64,000 nt of DNA from positions 62,001 through 126,000 of the forward strand of contig CDROCS010003774.1 in the NCBI GenBank assembly GCA_977020255.1. The letters are read 5' to 3'. How positions within the stretch are numbered: position 1 is the stretch's first letter; each line of letters starts with the position of its first letter. Made by a program: the position numbers and the translations under genes. The notes below the pieces were generated by a model. It made no database searches, was not told where the DNA came from, and saw only the letters and a program-made list of their open reading frames with translations. Positions 13,130 through 25,930 of this stretch are shown here, one piece after another. This DNA is from Obrimoposthia wandeli. Lineage: Eukaryota.

Positions 13130-14080
13130 GTTGTACTTGATGATTGAATTTTTGTAAATTTTAAATGACTTTGTACGATGAATGTTTTAAATAACTATTT
13201 ACTGTTGCATTTATAGAAAATTCGTATTTGTGGCAATTAATCGTGTCAACATTTTCCTACTTTAGTAGACGCTATTGCCGTACCAATCATATCTCTTACC
13301 ATACAATCATAACTATTTCTGCTAAACCGTTACCTTGATATTGATATGGGGGGATGTAGTAGGTGGATGTAGCACTTCTGGAACAAAGCCCCCTGATGAG
13401 GACCAAATGTCTTTGTTCTACTTTTTAGGTGACTCATCGATGACTCATATCCTTTGTTCTCCTTAAGTACACATGACGTGTCCTCATGATGTCATTTGAG
13501 CTCATGTTAAGGTCAAATTTCTCCCGAGTACACCTGATTTTTCAAGGTCACATGAGGTCAAGGTCATGTGATGTAGGTCAAATTTCTCTCGAGTATACCT
13601 GATTTTCAAGGTCATGACTCATGTCCTTTGTTTTATTATACTCTTATACTCTTTTAAGTTATTCATCGCTTGAGGTCATATGCTGACTATGAGCCCAAGG
13701 TTATTATCATATGATCATGAGCCCAAGGTTATCATAAGGTTTATGAGCCTATGATATATTTTTGTAACCAATTCTAAAAATAATTTCCAATAATTATTCG
13801 TCTTCTATCTGCTAAAATGCTTTTAGGTTTCTGAAATTTATATATTCAATTTGTCTTGAGTGCTTTATTAATCGTTATTTCATCTTCTTTTGTAGTTGAA
13901 ATTGAGATCTGATTGTTTTTTTCATCCTTCTTATAAACTCTAATTTATTATTAAACCCTTTATTATCTGTTTTTGCCAAAAATTCGGTTCCTTATAAATA
14001 TTGTTTGAAATGCATAATAAATTTATATACTGCTAAGAGATTTTTCTAGTAACACATGAATAACACATAAATACATTAGA
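13130..14080 (-). pseudogene. Gypsy integrase remnant split by an insertion at 13358-13750
   Basis: Minus strand gives CYSCVTRK and ILADRRRIIIGNYF right of the insertion, and YQGNGLAE (cf. YHPQGNGLAER) directly left of it. Confidence 0.6.
13358..13750. mobile_element. Single Polinton-like terminus with AGGTCA/TGACTCA-rich subterminal region
   Basis: Begins agtaggtggatgt, the same as the TIR of the MITEs at 11849 and 32144. Contains 7 AGGTCA, 3 TGACTCA and internal duplications. The other end was not found. Confidence 0.6.
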
Positions 14081-14099
14081 CGTCAATTGTTTTGAATCG

Positions 14100-15100
14100 T
14101 ATGCAATCACTTTTTGGTTTGTCATTTTATCCAATTGGCTCAATACTACTTCAATCACACCGAAGCTTGCGTCTGTATCAATTATATATTTTCGATTGTG
14201 CCTGGAAAGTCTACAATAGGAGATATTGTTAATTTATCTTTTAGGAGTGCAAAATTCGTATTACATTCCGGTGACCATTTTATTGACTTCTTATCTCCAG
14301 AATCCACCGCATATAGTGGGGCTGCAATATTGGCATAATCTTTAATAAATCGTCGAAAATAGTTTGTTATTCCTAAGATTGATCTTAGTTTTCCGTTACA
14401 ATCTGGTTCTTTAAAATTTATAATTTCGTTGACTTTCGACTGATTTGTATGTATTCAGCTTTCTGTTATGGTATGATCTAAGAAATTTTACTGTTTCTGA
14501 ATAATGTAACATTTATTAAGGTTTACTTTGAGGCCTGCTGCTGCACTTCTTTTGGATATTTCCCTTAATAATTTATAATGTTCTTCTTGGTTGTTACTAT
14601 AAACAAGAAAATCATCCAGATATGTAATTGTTTCTTTGAACAACAAATCATCCAATGTTTTATGCATTATATTTTCTAATGTTGCAGGTGCTGCAGCCAA
14701 CTAACATGGAAAACAAGTGAAACAAAATTGTCTTAGTTTTGTACTAAAGTCAGTTTTTGTTTGAAACTCATTCTCTAGATCTACCCGGTAATAAGCTTTT
14801 ACGAAATCTCATGTCGTAAATATTTTTACATCGCCCAGACAATCGAACAAGAGTTGTGCATCCGGTATGGGAAATGTAAACTTCTTGGTTACAGCATTCA
14901 ATTGTCTGTAGTCAACATACATACGAATCGTATTGTCTGGCTTCTTTACAATGACCAATGTTAAGTTACAAGGACTTTTACAATGCATAATTAAGGTTAC
15001 TTTTAGTAAAATTTTCTTTTAGTTCATCACCTTTGTTTTCTAAATTCATTTATTGTTGACTATAATTTTGAAAAGTTGGATCAGCTATAGTCTCAATTTT
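14100..15100 (-). pseudogene. Gypsy reverse transcriptase and connection region remnant
   Basis: AAAPATLENIMHKTLDDLLFKETITYLDDFLVYS (YLDD at 14611-14622), GLKVNLNKC, and LGITNYFRRFIKDYANIAAPLY. Confidence 0.88.
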
Positions 15101-15376
15101 ATGCGAGACAGTTTTGGTATATTCTAAATTAAATTTAGAACACAAATATTTATCCTAAATCCTAATTTCTTAGAATTGAGTCTCTATCACATTTAAGAGA
15201 ATTATATATTTTATCTATTCTTTCTTTTGAGGAAAGGTTTTCATCATGCAAGACGAGTTCAAATTACATAATTCCTGAAGCTTTATTCTGAATATTTTCA
15301 TTATATCAATTCCACTAATCAAATTGGGTTTAATTTTCTCTACAAAGATTATTTTCAATCAGTTCTCCTTTTCATT

Positions 15377-15598
15377 TCACAACACTTTAGTATTAAACCT
15401 ACCCAAAGGTTGATAATGACTACTCAAAAAAACTCCATTCAGATACAAATTACTCTCTATCATTTTATTACATCCCACTTTCTTCCAACAATACTTACTC
15501 AATACATTAACTGATGCTCTGGAGTCCCACAGCATTTCCAAATCTACGTCATTAATTCTCATTATACAACATTCGCAATCATCATTCTTCATATACAT
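15377..15598 (-). pseudogene. Gypsy aspartic protease remnant
   Basis: MRINDVDLEMLWDSRASVNVLS: D-S-G catalytic motif mutated to DSR. Confidence 0.8.
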
Positions 15599-15699
15599 AT
15601 TTTCATTTCGTAGCAGTGGGATCGCTCACGTTTCCCATGTGAAGGTCTTGTATTTATATGTCGTCACTTTTACAATCTTATAAATCTTCATTATTTTCG

Positions 15700-16710
15700 T
15701 CCACTTCTTCTGCTATACAAAGTACTCTTTATGTGGGTTCTTTAAAAGATAGCAGCTGTTAAAACAGTGACCTTCTTTTCCGCAAATCAAACATTTGTGA
15801 TTGATAGGACATTGATTTTGAAAATGATCTTTTTCACTATAATAAAAACATGCTCTGGCTGGAGTTCTCCACATTTTGTGACAGGCAGTCCATTGGCTAA
15901 GTTATATTTCGTTTTAGCTATTTTTTAAGGAAAACCTCGGCATTGGTATCCCATAAATAGGGACATTAAAAAAATAGGCACAAAACTAAAATAATAGGAT
16001 ACCAATGCGAGGTTTTCCTTAAAAAATAGCTTAAAAGAAATAAATAAATAGGGATGCACTAAACTAAAATAACATATCTTCTTTCTTCGTGATGTACTGG
16101 TACTGGGAGTTTCTTCATATTGTTTGTGAAATGAAGATGGTTTTTTGGAAGGTTGTATTATCTTTTTAATGTATTAGTATATGTATTCTGACTTGTACGA
16201 TCTCGGTTTTACTTTTCTCCATTTCGCTATGAATCTTGGCCAATGAGTCACTTCTTCTTTTAGCATCTGCAGTTTTAATAAAAACTGTTCCTTCAGCTTT
16301 TCGCTTCTTACCCTATATTTAATAAAAGTGTCAGTCTTCTTTCTTCATTCATCTTTGCTAACATTGTTTTCCATCATGGCATCAACAAGCTTTTTTAAAC
16401 TCTAATGCTGAACGCCGCTGAGAAACGTTTGCTTTCTAATTGCTTCACCTTTGTGAGTGTTCATACTTTATCAACAAATTTCTTTTCTAAGACATTTTCT
16501 TCAAACCATTGTTTGACTTCAATTGTTGAATTTACCACTTCACTGACATCCATCCATAATAATGCAGCTTCATCAGACAACAGTAAATCAAATGCATATC
16601 CGATATTAAGATCATTTGCGTCGACCTACTCTCCTATATATTTTAACCATTTTTCACCTTCCTTTGAATTCGTTCCATCATATCTTCTTACTGCACCATC
16701 ATTCTAGTCT
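15700..16710 (-). pseudogene. Gypsy gag remnant with CCHC zinc knuckle
   Basis: RRYDGTNSKEGEKWLKYIGE*...LLSDEAALLWMD...; intact CLICGKEGHCFNSC (CX2CX4HX4C) at 15752-15793; a frameshifted second knuckle near 15850-15895. Confidence 0.8.
15912..16036. repeat. 40-bp inverted repeat with 45-bp spacer inside gag
   Basis: Arm 15912-15951 versus reverse complement of 15997-16036: identical apart from two 1-nt indels. Confidence 0.85.
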
Positions 16711-16787
16711 CTATACTCTAGACTAGAGAATATTCTCTTTGTTTTGATTTCTCGTCAATACTTTTATTTTGACGTGGTTACCGGTTT

Positions 16788-16912
16788 TGTTTTCTATCGT
16801 AGACATAATTCAAAAGAGTCAGATTCTATAAACACAATATATATTTATACATGTATACAGGATATTGCATGAACAAATATTCACGGTAGGATTTTTCCAG
16901 CTTCTGATTACA
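16788..16912 (-). repeat. 5' LTR of the Gypsy element (125 bp, TG...CA)
   Basis: Homologous to 12190-12308. Lies just upstream of gag on the minus strand. PBS is at best degenerate (cggtaaccacgtc). Confidence 0.75.
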
Positions 16913-18323
16913 TAACTTTATATATATATAAATTTTATATTATTTTAAGCTTTTTGTATCTGGTTGATAATTAATTGATGTTTAATTAGGAGGTACTTTA
17001 TGTACTTTAAGTGCTATCTATGAATGATTAGTCACTGAATAACAGCCATACATACTTGTTGTATTGTTATAACAACTAAGAAGAATTCTTAAATGTTTCA
17101 TTTATGAAAATAACGTACAAACAAAACATAAGTATCATACACGTAGCAGTTTCTTGCAATAAATGCAAAATTTTCTCGTTCATTCAATTAAGTGATTCAT
17201 TATGTCTAGGTCTGAAAGGATGAGGGTGACACTACAGGCATGTGTAAATACAGTTTCTGAATATGATTTTCAATATGTGAGCCAAATTCTTTGCATGCAG
17301 AGGTTTGATTTTAAATTTGTAAAATATTGATTTAGAAAAATAGATTAGAAAGTATATAAATTATTTTAAAAATTCTCATTAAGCTTTTTTAATTACTCTG
17401 TTTAAATAGATACTTCTCATAATGTTTTTTTAAGTTAGCTTGTTTTCAAAGATTTCATAAACATTAAGAGTCGATGTTGTAAAAGAATGTTTGGCGATTA
17501 CTCGGTTTGTATCGAGATCAATATTTTGTATATTTTTAGTCACTTTAAAGTATGTCTGATAGGGTTTCTTCAACAAATTCGCAGGGCAGTCAAAGATATT
17601 ATGTGGGAGTAGCAAAAATCTTTAGAAAAAGTCAACATTTGTGTCAGTAGAAATCTATACAAGTAAAGCTTAACCTGCCAAATGAAACTCAACCTAAAAT
17701 AGGATAGAATTCGTTTTGGGTCATGATCAGAAAATTTCAAGTAGTGCTGCCCCACTGGTGATTTTTCCTCTCAACAGTTGGAGCCGGATAAAAGACAAAA
17801 GTCGCAAAAAGTAACTGCCCAATTCACAAAATTCAGGACTGAAAAAATGAATAATCAGAACACACAGCAGAAGAAACTGGTGAACCGTGAACTGATGCGA
17901 GATTTTGGAGTCTTTGGCTGTGTATTATTTCAGCAAAGTTACTCAAGCAAAATGTAGTTAATTTTACGTTTTTTCTTCATCCTTCTACACTGTTTCACTC
18001 ATCGTGCCCAGTTTTTCAATAACATTTAATTGCGAAAGTTCGTAACTCTGATCGAAAAACATAATTAGCAGAGTCCATAATTATCTCGGACATTTGGGAA
18101 CATTTTGTTGTGTATTTCCTATCTCTCGATAATCAACATCGCATCAATTATAGAGAAGCGTTATCTGATGTTCTTGACGATGGATGAAGAAAACATTATG
18201 TTTTTGTTGACTTTTGTGTTGCAGTCTCTTCAAAATCCAATTTTCCATTACATGATTTATTACTTTGAAGTGCTTTATGTTTTTCATTATTCTTTGTAAT
18301 AATTTCTGAAATAGAAATGGCTT

Positions 18324-18700
18324 CAGCTGCTCTTTTTGGATTTTTCAACATTGTTACAGTTTCTTAGTATCATTGGCAGATTGTTGTAAAGAGCCAGAGC
18401 ATGAATTTGGATTATTCTATCCTCTACTTGATATTTGAATTTTTTAATCAATATGCAGACAGCATTGTTGCTTCTAATAAAGTCAATAAATGTCTACGTG
18501 TATTATCACGTATCTTTAAATTGCATATATACATCTGACGGTTTTGTATTAATTTTTGTTGCAAGTGATTAGACTGGAATATTAAAAAAGTAAATAATCT
18601 TGGTGTAATAATTGTATGTGCTAGCATTGAACTTATAAAATAATTTGAAGTATGTAAAACGCAATTTTTACGGTACAGTTTTATATTATAATACAACTGG
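18324..18700 (-). mobile_element. LINE (CR1/L2-like) ORF2 C-terminal remnant
   Basis: ALYNNLPMILRNCNNVEKSKK resembles the LWNxLPxxIRxxxxxxxFKK LINE tail. A related copy lies at 50905-50967 on the + strand. Confidence 0.5.
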
Positions 18701-20501
18701 TTGAATTTAAGAGTATCTCAATTCTCTGAAACTTAACAATTGCAGCAAACAAAATAAGTAGTTTTTTATTCATTTTTATTAATTAAAAACATCTTAAGGA
18801 AGAATCTCTTTTGTTATCCTGAAGATTCTCAAGACTCCAAAAGTAATGTATTACATAAATTACTAATACAAGTTTTACTCTTCTCTACCAATTAAAGCAT
18901 GATAAGTTGACCAGTCTTGAGTAGCTTAAAGAGTACTGTGGATCATTACCAATATTTTCCATTGTTCTACAAATTTATTTTAAATAATAACTTATACATA
19001 TTGGTTAACTTACTTTTTTTCAGAAATGGTATAGAGCATTGAGTCTGCATAGACTGCCTCCTTTGTGAAATTTCCAGCCTTTTAATTTGTTATATATGGA
19101 AAATATGTTTATGCGTATGTAATTTTACGAATTTTAATTGTATTAACAATTTTTTAAAATATCTCTTCTGTAAAATGTAGATACGCCCTTCTGTTCCATG
19201 GGCGTCAAAATGTATTTTGACATGAATGACTCTTAAACATTTGTAACAAAAATTAAATTTAATAAGTAGATTTAATTTAATCTCAAATGCCAGGTGTATT
19301 AGAAAAGCTATTGAATACATGAACAGGTTATATTAATATTTTTGATCTTCAGATTTTTAATGACAGACAAATGATAAAAAAAACTGAGGTTAATATAGTC
19401 TAATCAAAACTATGAGATGGACAAATTATTAATTGATTTCAAGATATATTATAATGATGTATAAAACAATTTTCGGATTTTTTACAGGTCATTAAATGAA
19501 ATAGAATATAAGTTTTATGAACATGTAAGAAATATTTGTAAAGAAATATAATAGAAAATTGCCAAATTTTATTTATTTTTAAAACATTTTTATCAATTAA
19601 ATTTTTTTTTAATATTTTCTTTTTAAAGACAGAATTTATTTGATGACAAAATAGAAAATAGTTGATATTCAAGTAGTAATTTATAGTGCTGATAAAAGAA
19701 TAATTATCATGTCTAAATGTCATGTTTATGGTGAACTAAGTGAGATGTCCGAGGAAGAATATGTATAGATCACATCTACCCCTTAAGAAAAAAAAACAAA
19801 TTTATGTTGTTAAATTATCTAGTGAATTCGTTTTTCCAGTAGAGTCACCCATCTCACCTGGGTCGATTTCACTAATTGGTAAATTAAAAAATTAAAAAAA
19901 GTATTTTGTTATTTGTGCAAAAGATTGCGTAGTTAAACATATGTTATAAATAAATTTAATATTTTAAAATTTCTAATTTGTAGTCGTTCAAGAGCTCTAT
20001 GAATTAAAGAAGAATATTGTTGGTCAAAGACATTTGTTGGGAAATTTCAGATAGCTCGTTTAGAGGAAAAACGAAATAAAAAGGAATATCCATAGCCAAT
20101 ATCGTGTAACAATATGATAAGAATTCGGATAAATTGAATTATCTTCAGAGGTTGAAATTCTAAATTACAGTTATAATAAATTTCAATTTTGTATTTATGG
20201 ACTTTATTTCTTGTTTATATATACACATTGACATCTACATTGAATCGGCAAAAATATAAATATAAAATCAATATAAAACTAAGTATCAAGAAAGGTTTAC
20301 AGAAATAGTTCATAAAAACAAAGAAATTGGAAACAAGACCATTTGTAACGGAAGACATGGTCATGAGTAACTGGAGATGGAGATAAAATAACGTTTAAAC
20401 ATAATATTTATAATTTATTTTGTTTTAGTATTATAAATTTTTAAATTAATTTAGCAAAACGTGAAATAAACAATACCAATTTAGCAACCATTCATCTAAT
20501 G

Positions 20502-20954
20502 CAGTGGTTTTCAACCAGGGTTCCGCCAGTATAGTCCAGGGGTTCCGCAATTTCTAAATTTCTAAATTATAATAACGAACAAATAAAAGACATTTTAAAT
20601 TGACCTTCTGTTTGCAAGAAAACCTGAAAGACTTTGTAGAATGTTTGAGTGATGACCATTGGTGTTCGAAGTTAGCATATCTTGCCGATATATTTCATGA
20701 ACTAAACATCTTGAACTATAGCATGCAGGGCAGAAATAAGTGATTTTCAGAAGAAATTGACAATATGGAAGATACGCATAGCTGCAGGAAATTTGGAAAT
20801 GTTTCCAAGTGTTTTTAAAGGGAATTGTCAAGAAAACTTTATTAACTAAATGCTGTTTTTTGCATAAGACAATTAAATTATTGCATAGGGCTTCCTCCAG
20901 CCAGTGGAATGTTTCCATGGGGTTCCGCTCCAGCAACAAGGTTGAAAAGCACTG
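20502..20954 (+). mobile_element. Internally deleted hAT (Buster-type) element with perfect 8-bp TSD
   Basis: TIRs cagtggttttcaacc / ggttgaaaagcactg; TSD ATCTAATG on both sides (central TA); ggggttccgc subterminal motifs; residual transposase CLSDDHWCSKLAYLADIFHELNILNYSMQGR. Confidence 0.92.
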
Positions 20955-21149
20955 ATCTAATGTTACCTAATACACATCAGAATTTAAGTCAGACATGTTC
21001 CATTACATGTACAAATGTTCATTAAAAATCCGTACTCGGTTTATTTACGACTTTATGTGCATACAACAGATTCAATGATCAAAAATACCATATATTTGTA
21101 TTCATATCACTAACTCACAATCGATTAAATTTTCATAATCGTTCAATAT

Positions 21150-21860
21150 TGATGTGATGCAGAGCCTTAATGAAACTGGCATCTTACAATACACAAACAA
21201 TCATCATACTGTTACAACTCATACAATTTCCAAGTACATCGTAGAACTAAATGTTCTTAGGCAGACTGTTAATGACGTTATAAAGAGATATGAAGAAACT
21301 GGGATTGAAGTTAGAGCAACACGTTCAGGAAGGTGTCAATAACAAAAAGTAATTCATATGCGAAGAGCACTTTCATGCAAACAAAAACAGGTTCCTTAAA
21401 TAAGTATACATCTTAGTAAAACATGTCCACCCTTTGAGAAAAAGAGAATTCCTGTGACAACAAAAATACAGAAAGAAAATCTGAAAAAAGAGAATTAAAC
21501 GTCATTATCGGGAACTTTGCAAATCACCCTCAACCAGTTTGATTATTGATGATGAATTAAAAATTTTCTTTGACTATTCAAAGATCGAGGGAAATGAGTT
21601 ATATTATGCGAAAGATTCTGGCATCTAATGCAAGATATTATGAAAAGAATAAATATGAAAATGAGGTCATACTGTGACTTGCACTCCCCATGACTGTGAA
21701 AAAAGAAATTCAATTGAAGATTTAGAGAATGTTCAAATAAAGTGTATGAAGGAAATTAAATTTTCTAAACAACTTATCCGATTTAGTCAATTGATAGCTT
21801 ATCCAGAAGAGAATCAAAATCCATTATTGTCTGTTAAAATATGTTGTGTTGTTTAGAATA
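21150..21860 (+). mobile_element. Degenerate Tc1-like transposase remnant (similar to 12410-13110)
   Basis: VLRQTVNDVIKRYEETGIEVRATRSGR (HTH), then SLIIDDELKIFFDYSKIEGNELYY (first catalytic D). Confidence 0.7.
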
Positions 21861-23399
21861 TGAATTAACCAAATTTTATGTTACCTTACAATCTTCAATA
21901 TTTCATTCTCTCGAAAGATTAATGTTTTCTCTCAAACTAATGACAGATTATATTAGGATTGATAAGCTATATACACATAAACAGTAAAACCTACCGTGGT
22001 ATGAACTAATGGAATTACGTTCGTCCATGGATTTTAAGTACTTTGGAAACTGTAATTATATAAATGGATTTTCAAAAAACTCTAGTTGAACACAATGACG
22101 ATAATTAATTACTTTTATTTGATCGGGATATGAGTTTATTTGTCCACATCGAGCATTAGACCGCCAATGTGCTATCGATTCTATGTCAGCATTACGTCAT
22201 AAGCTGTGAATAATTTATCGAACTCGAAAAGATCAATAAGAATGGTTGTGGATGCTTCTACTTAATCTGGAAATAATTTAAATTATTTTTATGATTTATT
22301 TGTCCAGTACATTTTATTACTCATTTATATATTTGGTTATTTTTTCTAAAACGGAATTCACCGCTTAATTCCTCTCGACATCAAGTGCTCCTTTGACAAA
22401 AGAGATAAGCCAACAAATGAGGGGAATCGCTATGACATCAAATACGCACTCATGGCTGCGGAAATCCGATATTGTCTTGTGAACTGGGTGGTGTTTGTCA
22501 ATATTACCATCATCAGCAGTAGACCTTGACATTTTCAGTCCAGGATTTCCGAAGGGGTGCTGTGATCAAATCGGTCAAGACATATTCCTTTATCTATAAA
22601 AATGTCGCAACGTATTATATACGATCTGATATGCTAGACGGAATTTTGTTGTAAAAGATGGCTCCAGTTATTAAAATTTAGTTAACAGTTCTTGATTCTG
22701 TGTCTCTATCAAAGCCGCTGTTTCTCAACTGTTTTCAACCGTAGTCCATTTTGCTTAATATATAAATGGAGCAGTACAATGTGTTGTCATTAATATTCCA
22801 ATTCGGATGGTACATAAGGCTTCATAAGACGTTAGAATTAGTGATAGTAGTTTACATAGTCAGGAAAAATGTATATCATTACATTTCTAACCGAAAAATA
22901 CATAGTTTATTCCCGAGCCCGAAATGCGAGAGTATTAATATATTATAACGAAGTTTGTAATGTAAAGATTAAGAAATTTCTTCGGTGTTGAGAACTGTGT
23001 ATAATTATATTGAAGAACATACATTTATTATGAAAGTTATGAAAAACCTAACATTTAGTAGAATTTATATATAGAACAGGAAAATTTACATAATTAAATA
23101 TTGTTTAAAATTTGCACTTTATGTACCATAATTAAAATATCATTTTCATACTTTTTGAGTGGTGTAAAAGGTTATTAGAGACTCAATATGCCACTGCATT
23201 TTCATAATTTTAATTTTTCTGTGGTTGTAAACCAAGGATTACTTCATTACAGCATTTGTATTACGCTCTGCACTATAACACGATATACAACAAGCAATGT
23301 ATTCTTGACAAATATTATTCTCATCAATAACTAAACAGAAAACTTTAAAAAAACAATAACCATTCGTCTGTTACGATTTGTTGTAAGTAATATTCAACA

Positions 23400-23700
23400 C
23401 GCAGTTGTTCAGAGTGTATCTGTGAAACTATGTTTTTCTCCGTTTATATCATGCTTTGTCATATTTTTTCAGGAATAACATTATCTGCAACATTCCCGTG
23501 TCTAGTGTCAATCATATTGGTTGTCTCCGAATTGGCTACGTTGCTGCTCTTCCATGGTCCGATTCGTTTAAGCTGCGGAACACCCGTTCTTTCATCAGCT
23601 TGAATTGTGGTGCCTGAGCGCTGAAAGCAATGGCCACTTCAGATTGAGTGCCACTGTCACCTTATCAAGAAACCCCACTATTTTGCTAATACCCAAAGGC
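23400..23700 (-). mobile_element. Possible Tc1 N-terminal DNA-binding region remnant
   Basis: Minus strand GDSGTQSEVAIAF...RSLNESDHGRAAT*, resembling Tc1 GxSQxEVA...DRxRSGRP. Confidence 0.4.
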
Positions 23701-25483
23701 TGTACGGGTTCATTGTAGTAGACTGCATGGGAATGCAACAGAAACATAAACAGGCTTGCTTTTGCACCTCATGATGCTATCCTTAAATACCTCTGAAATA
23801 TTACTTATTGACATTTCATATTCATAATATGTCATGTTTACATTGATGTTTAAAAGATTTTAAAGTAATTGGTGTGCAAAGGTCAATAATACCCCTTCTT
23901 TTTGTTTGCTTAGCAAGCTTCAGAAACTTTTAAAATTATTAAATGCTAAATGGTATACATAAAAAACTGAAACACTATTTTGCTACTTAGCCCTCGTGCT
24001 AAAAGCTAATTGTAGGGTTGTAAACAGTATGCAGCGTACATTGAATTCTATACTTAATTTACTTAAAAGCATATAATGTTATTCTAGTGTGTCAGTTGTG
24101 TAATAAAATACACATTTTGAGCTCCACCGAAAATTCTTTAAGGAGTATGATATTTTACTTTATAAATATATATGCAATCTTAATTTAATCCCGAGCGTCT
24201 GATTATGAATCCTTCTCTTTAAATTAACTATATAAACGGCACCTAAAAGGGTGATTTATACAATATATCGTGAAACATCTACAAATATCGTTTTTACTAT
24301 TTCATTTAAAGTTCTAAACAAAAAATAATAACATATAATGCCCAAATTAATTTTCTGTACTATTTATCCACAAAAAGCTAAATATATTTATCCATTAAAC
24401 AAATTGAACATGACAAATGAAAAACCTTCGGCAAATCCCTGAACAATTGCTGAATTAATCCTGATTTGACATATATCAATATTTGATCAATATCCAAAAT
24501 ATTCATTTGTTAATCGTCATTCATCGCATTTTGTTTTATTATAATTGTATGCATCATAACTTTATAAGGTATACATAACTATGTAGTGTATTATTTTGAA
24601 GGTTAAATATATTTTCATGAAAAATTTAAATATCAGTTAATAATATAATAATTTATAAATTAACACGATAAATTTATTATAAGAAATTTTATTGTATTTA
24701 GATTATTCTTATGTTAGTGGCAATCTTGCCAATCGGACATTTCAGGTAATGCCTGATTCAGGCAATTTAAAGGTTTTTAAAACTTAAAATTTTCAAAATA
24801 TTATGTGTTCGGAGGGTGGATCCAAGGAGGGTAGACACTGGCGCGCTCTCCTTAAATTACGATGATGCATATTTTGCTATTTGACGTATAATTTTATGCA
24901 ATGTAATGACTATTTCAAAGTTCCACACCGATTGTGCTATTTTAATTTTTGGAATAGTCAGAATTATTATACGTCAAACACAATATACAGTAGTATGTTT
25001 AATTAATATTGTATATATGTACATATGATACGATATAGTATTTGTTATACATTTAATAGATACTTATTAGTTTATATTCTATATATGATATGAAGAAATT
25101 ATCAGAAATGTATTGTAATAACAGTGAAAATAAAAAGTATATGGTTGGTTCTAATTGATTTTGAATTCTATTGATGTAAAATCTTTACATTATATTTCAG
25201 CTCCCACCTGTAATACTTGTTAATCCTACCCATATTTGAATACGAAATTATTACAATCTGAATAACTAATCGTTAATAAGATTTTTGAATTAATTTAGCA
25301 CCTACCTATCTGTTTTTATGTGTCTATTTGAAGGAGAAAAAAATTATAACTATCGACGCATTCTATATATGTAACAACTATTTATCAAACTTTGCCAAGT
25401 TTGGCATTTATCTTCTAGTTTTCGCTCCCTCCCTAACTGTTCACAAACTATTTGTTATTTGAGTTTTTTACCAATCTGCAGTC

Positions 25484-25930
25484 ATGACCAAAGGCTCAAA
25501 AATGCAAATTTCAAGTCAGCTTTTAAAACATTTTCTTTTTAGGCTTTTTTTGGATAATCATATGGCACAAAAGTTTAAAACTGTATCAATGTGTTTCCAA
25601 TCCTCTTCACAAATGGTACCTGTTATGAATGAACATGTATCTGGAAAAGTAAGTGAGGTTGTTGATAAGTATAAACGTTTTTCGTTATGTCTAGATGATA
25701 GAACAGCTCAGACTGACACAAATCAGCTAGTTATGTTGGTTCGTGTGGAATCTTGCTTGTTACATAGTACCACAAAGATAATGATATTTAGCACGATTTA
25801 AAAAGGTATACTGCAAAAATATGTTGGTTTCTATAAATGTACATATGTTGCTTCTGATGGAGCAAGAGCTTTGACTGGTAAACAAAATAATCTTACTGGT
25901 CTACTCAAACAAAAGGGTGAGCTACCCAAT
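25484..25930 (+). mobile_element. hAT (SPIN/GTF2IRD2-like) transposase remnant
   Basis: KRFSLCLDDRTAQTDTNQLVMLVRV (cf. FSLALDESTDxTDTAQLxIFVR) and VASDGARALTGKQNNLTGLLK (cf. TDGAPAMxGK). Confidence 0.75.

Larger units (their letters stand above)
12190..16912 (-). mobile_element. Decayed Ty3/Gypsy LTR retrotransposon with nested insertions
   Basis: Minus-strand order: LTR (16788-16912), gag, CCHC knuckle, PR, RT, RT-RH connection, IN, PPT, LTR (12190-12308). Many stops and frameshifts. Confidence 0.88.

Noticed and set aside
16405-16707. 100-aa + strand ORF in the track
   Set aside because: Antisense shadow of the minus-strand gag remnant.
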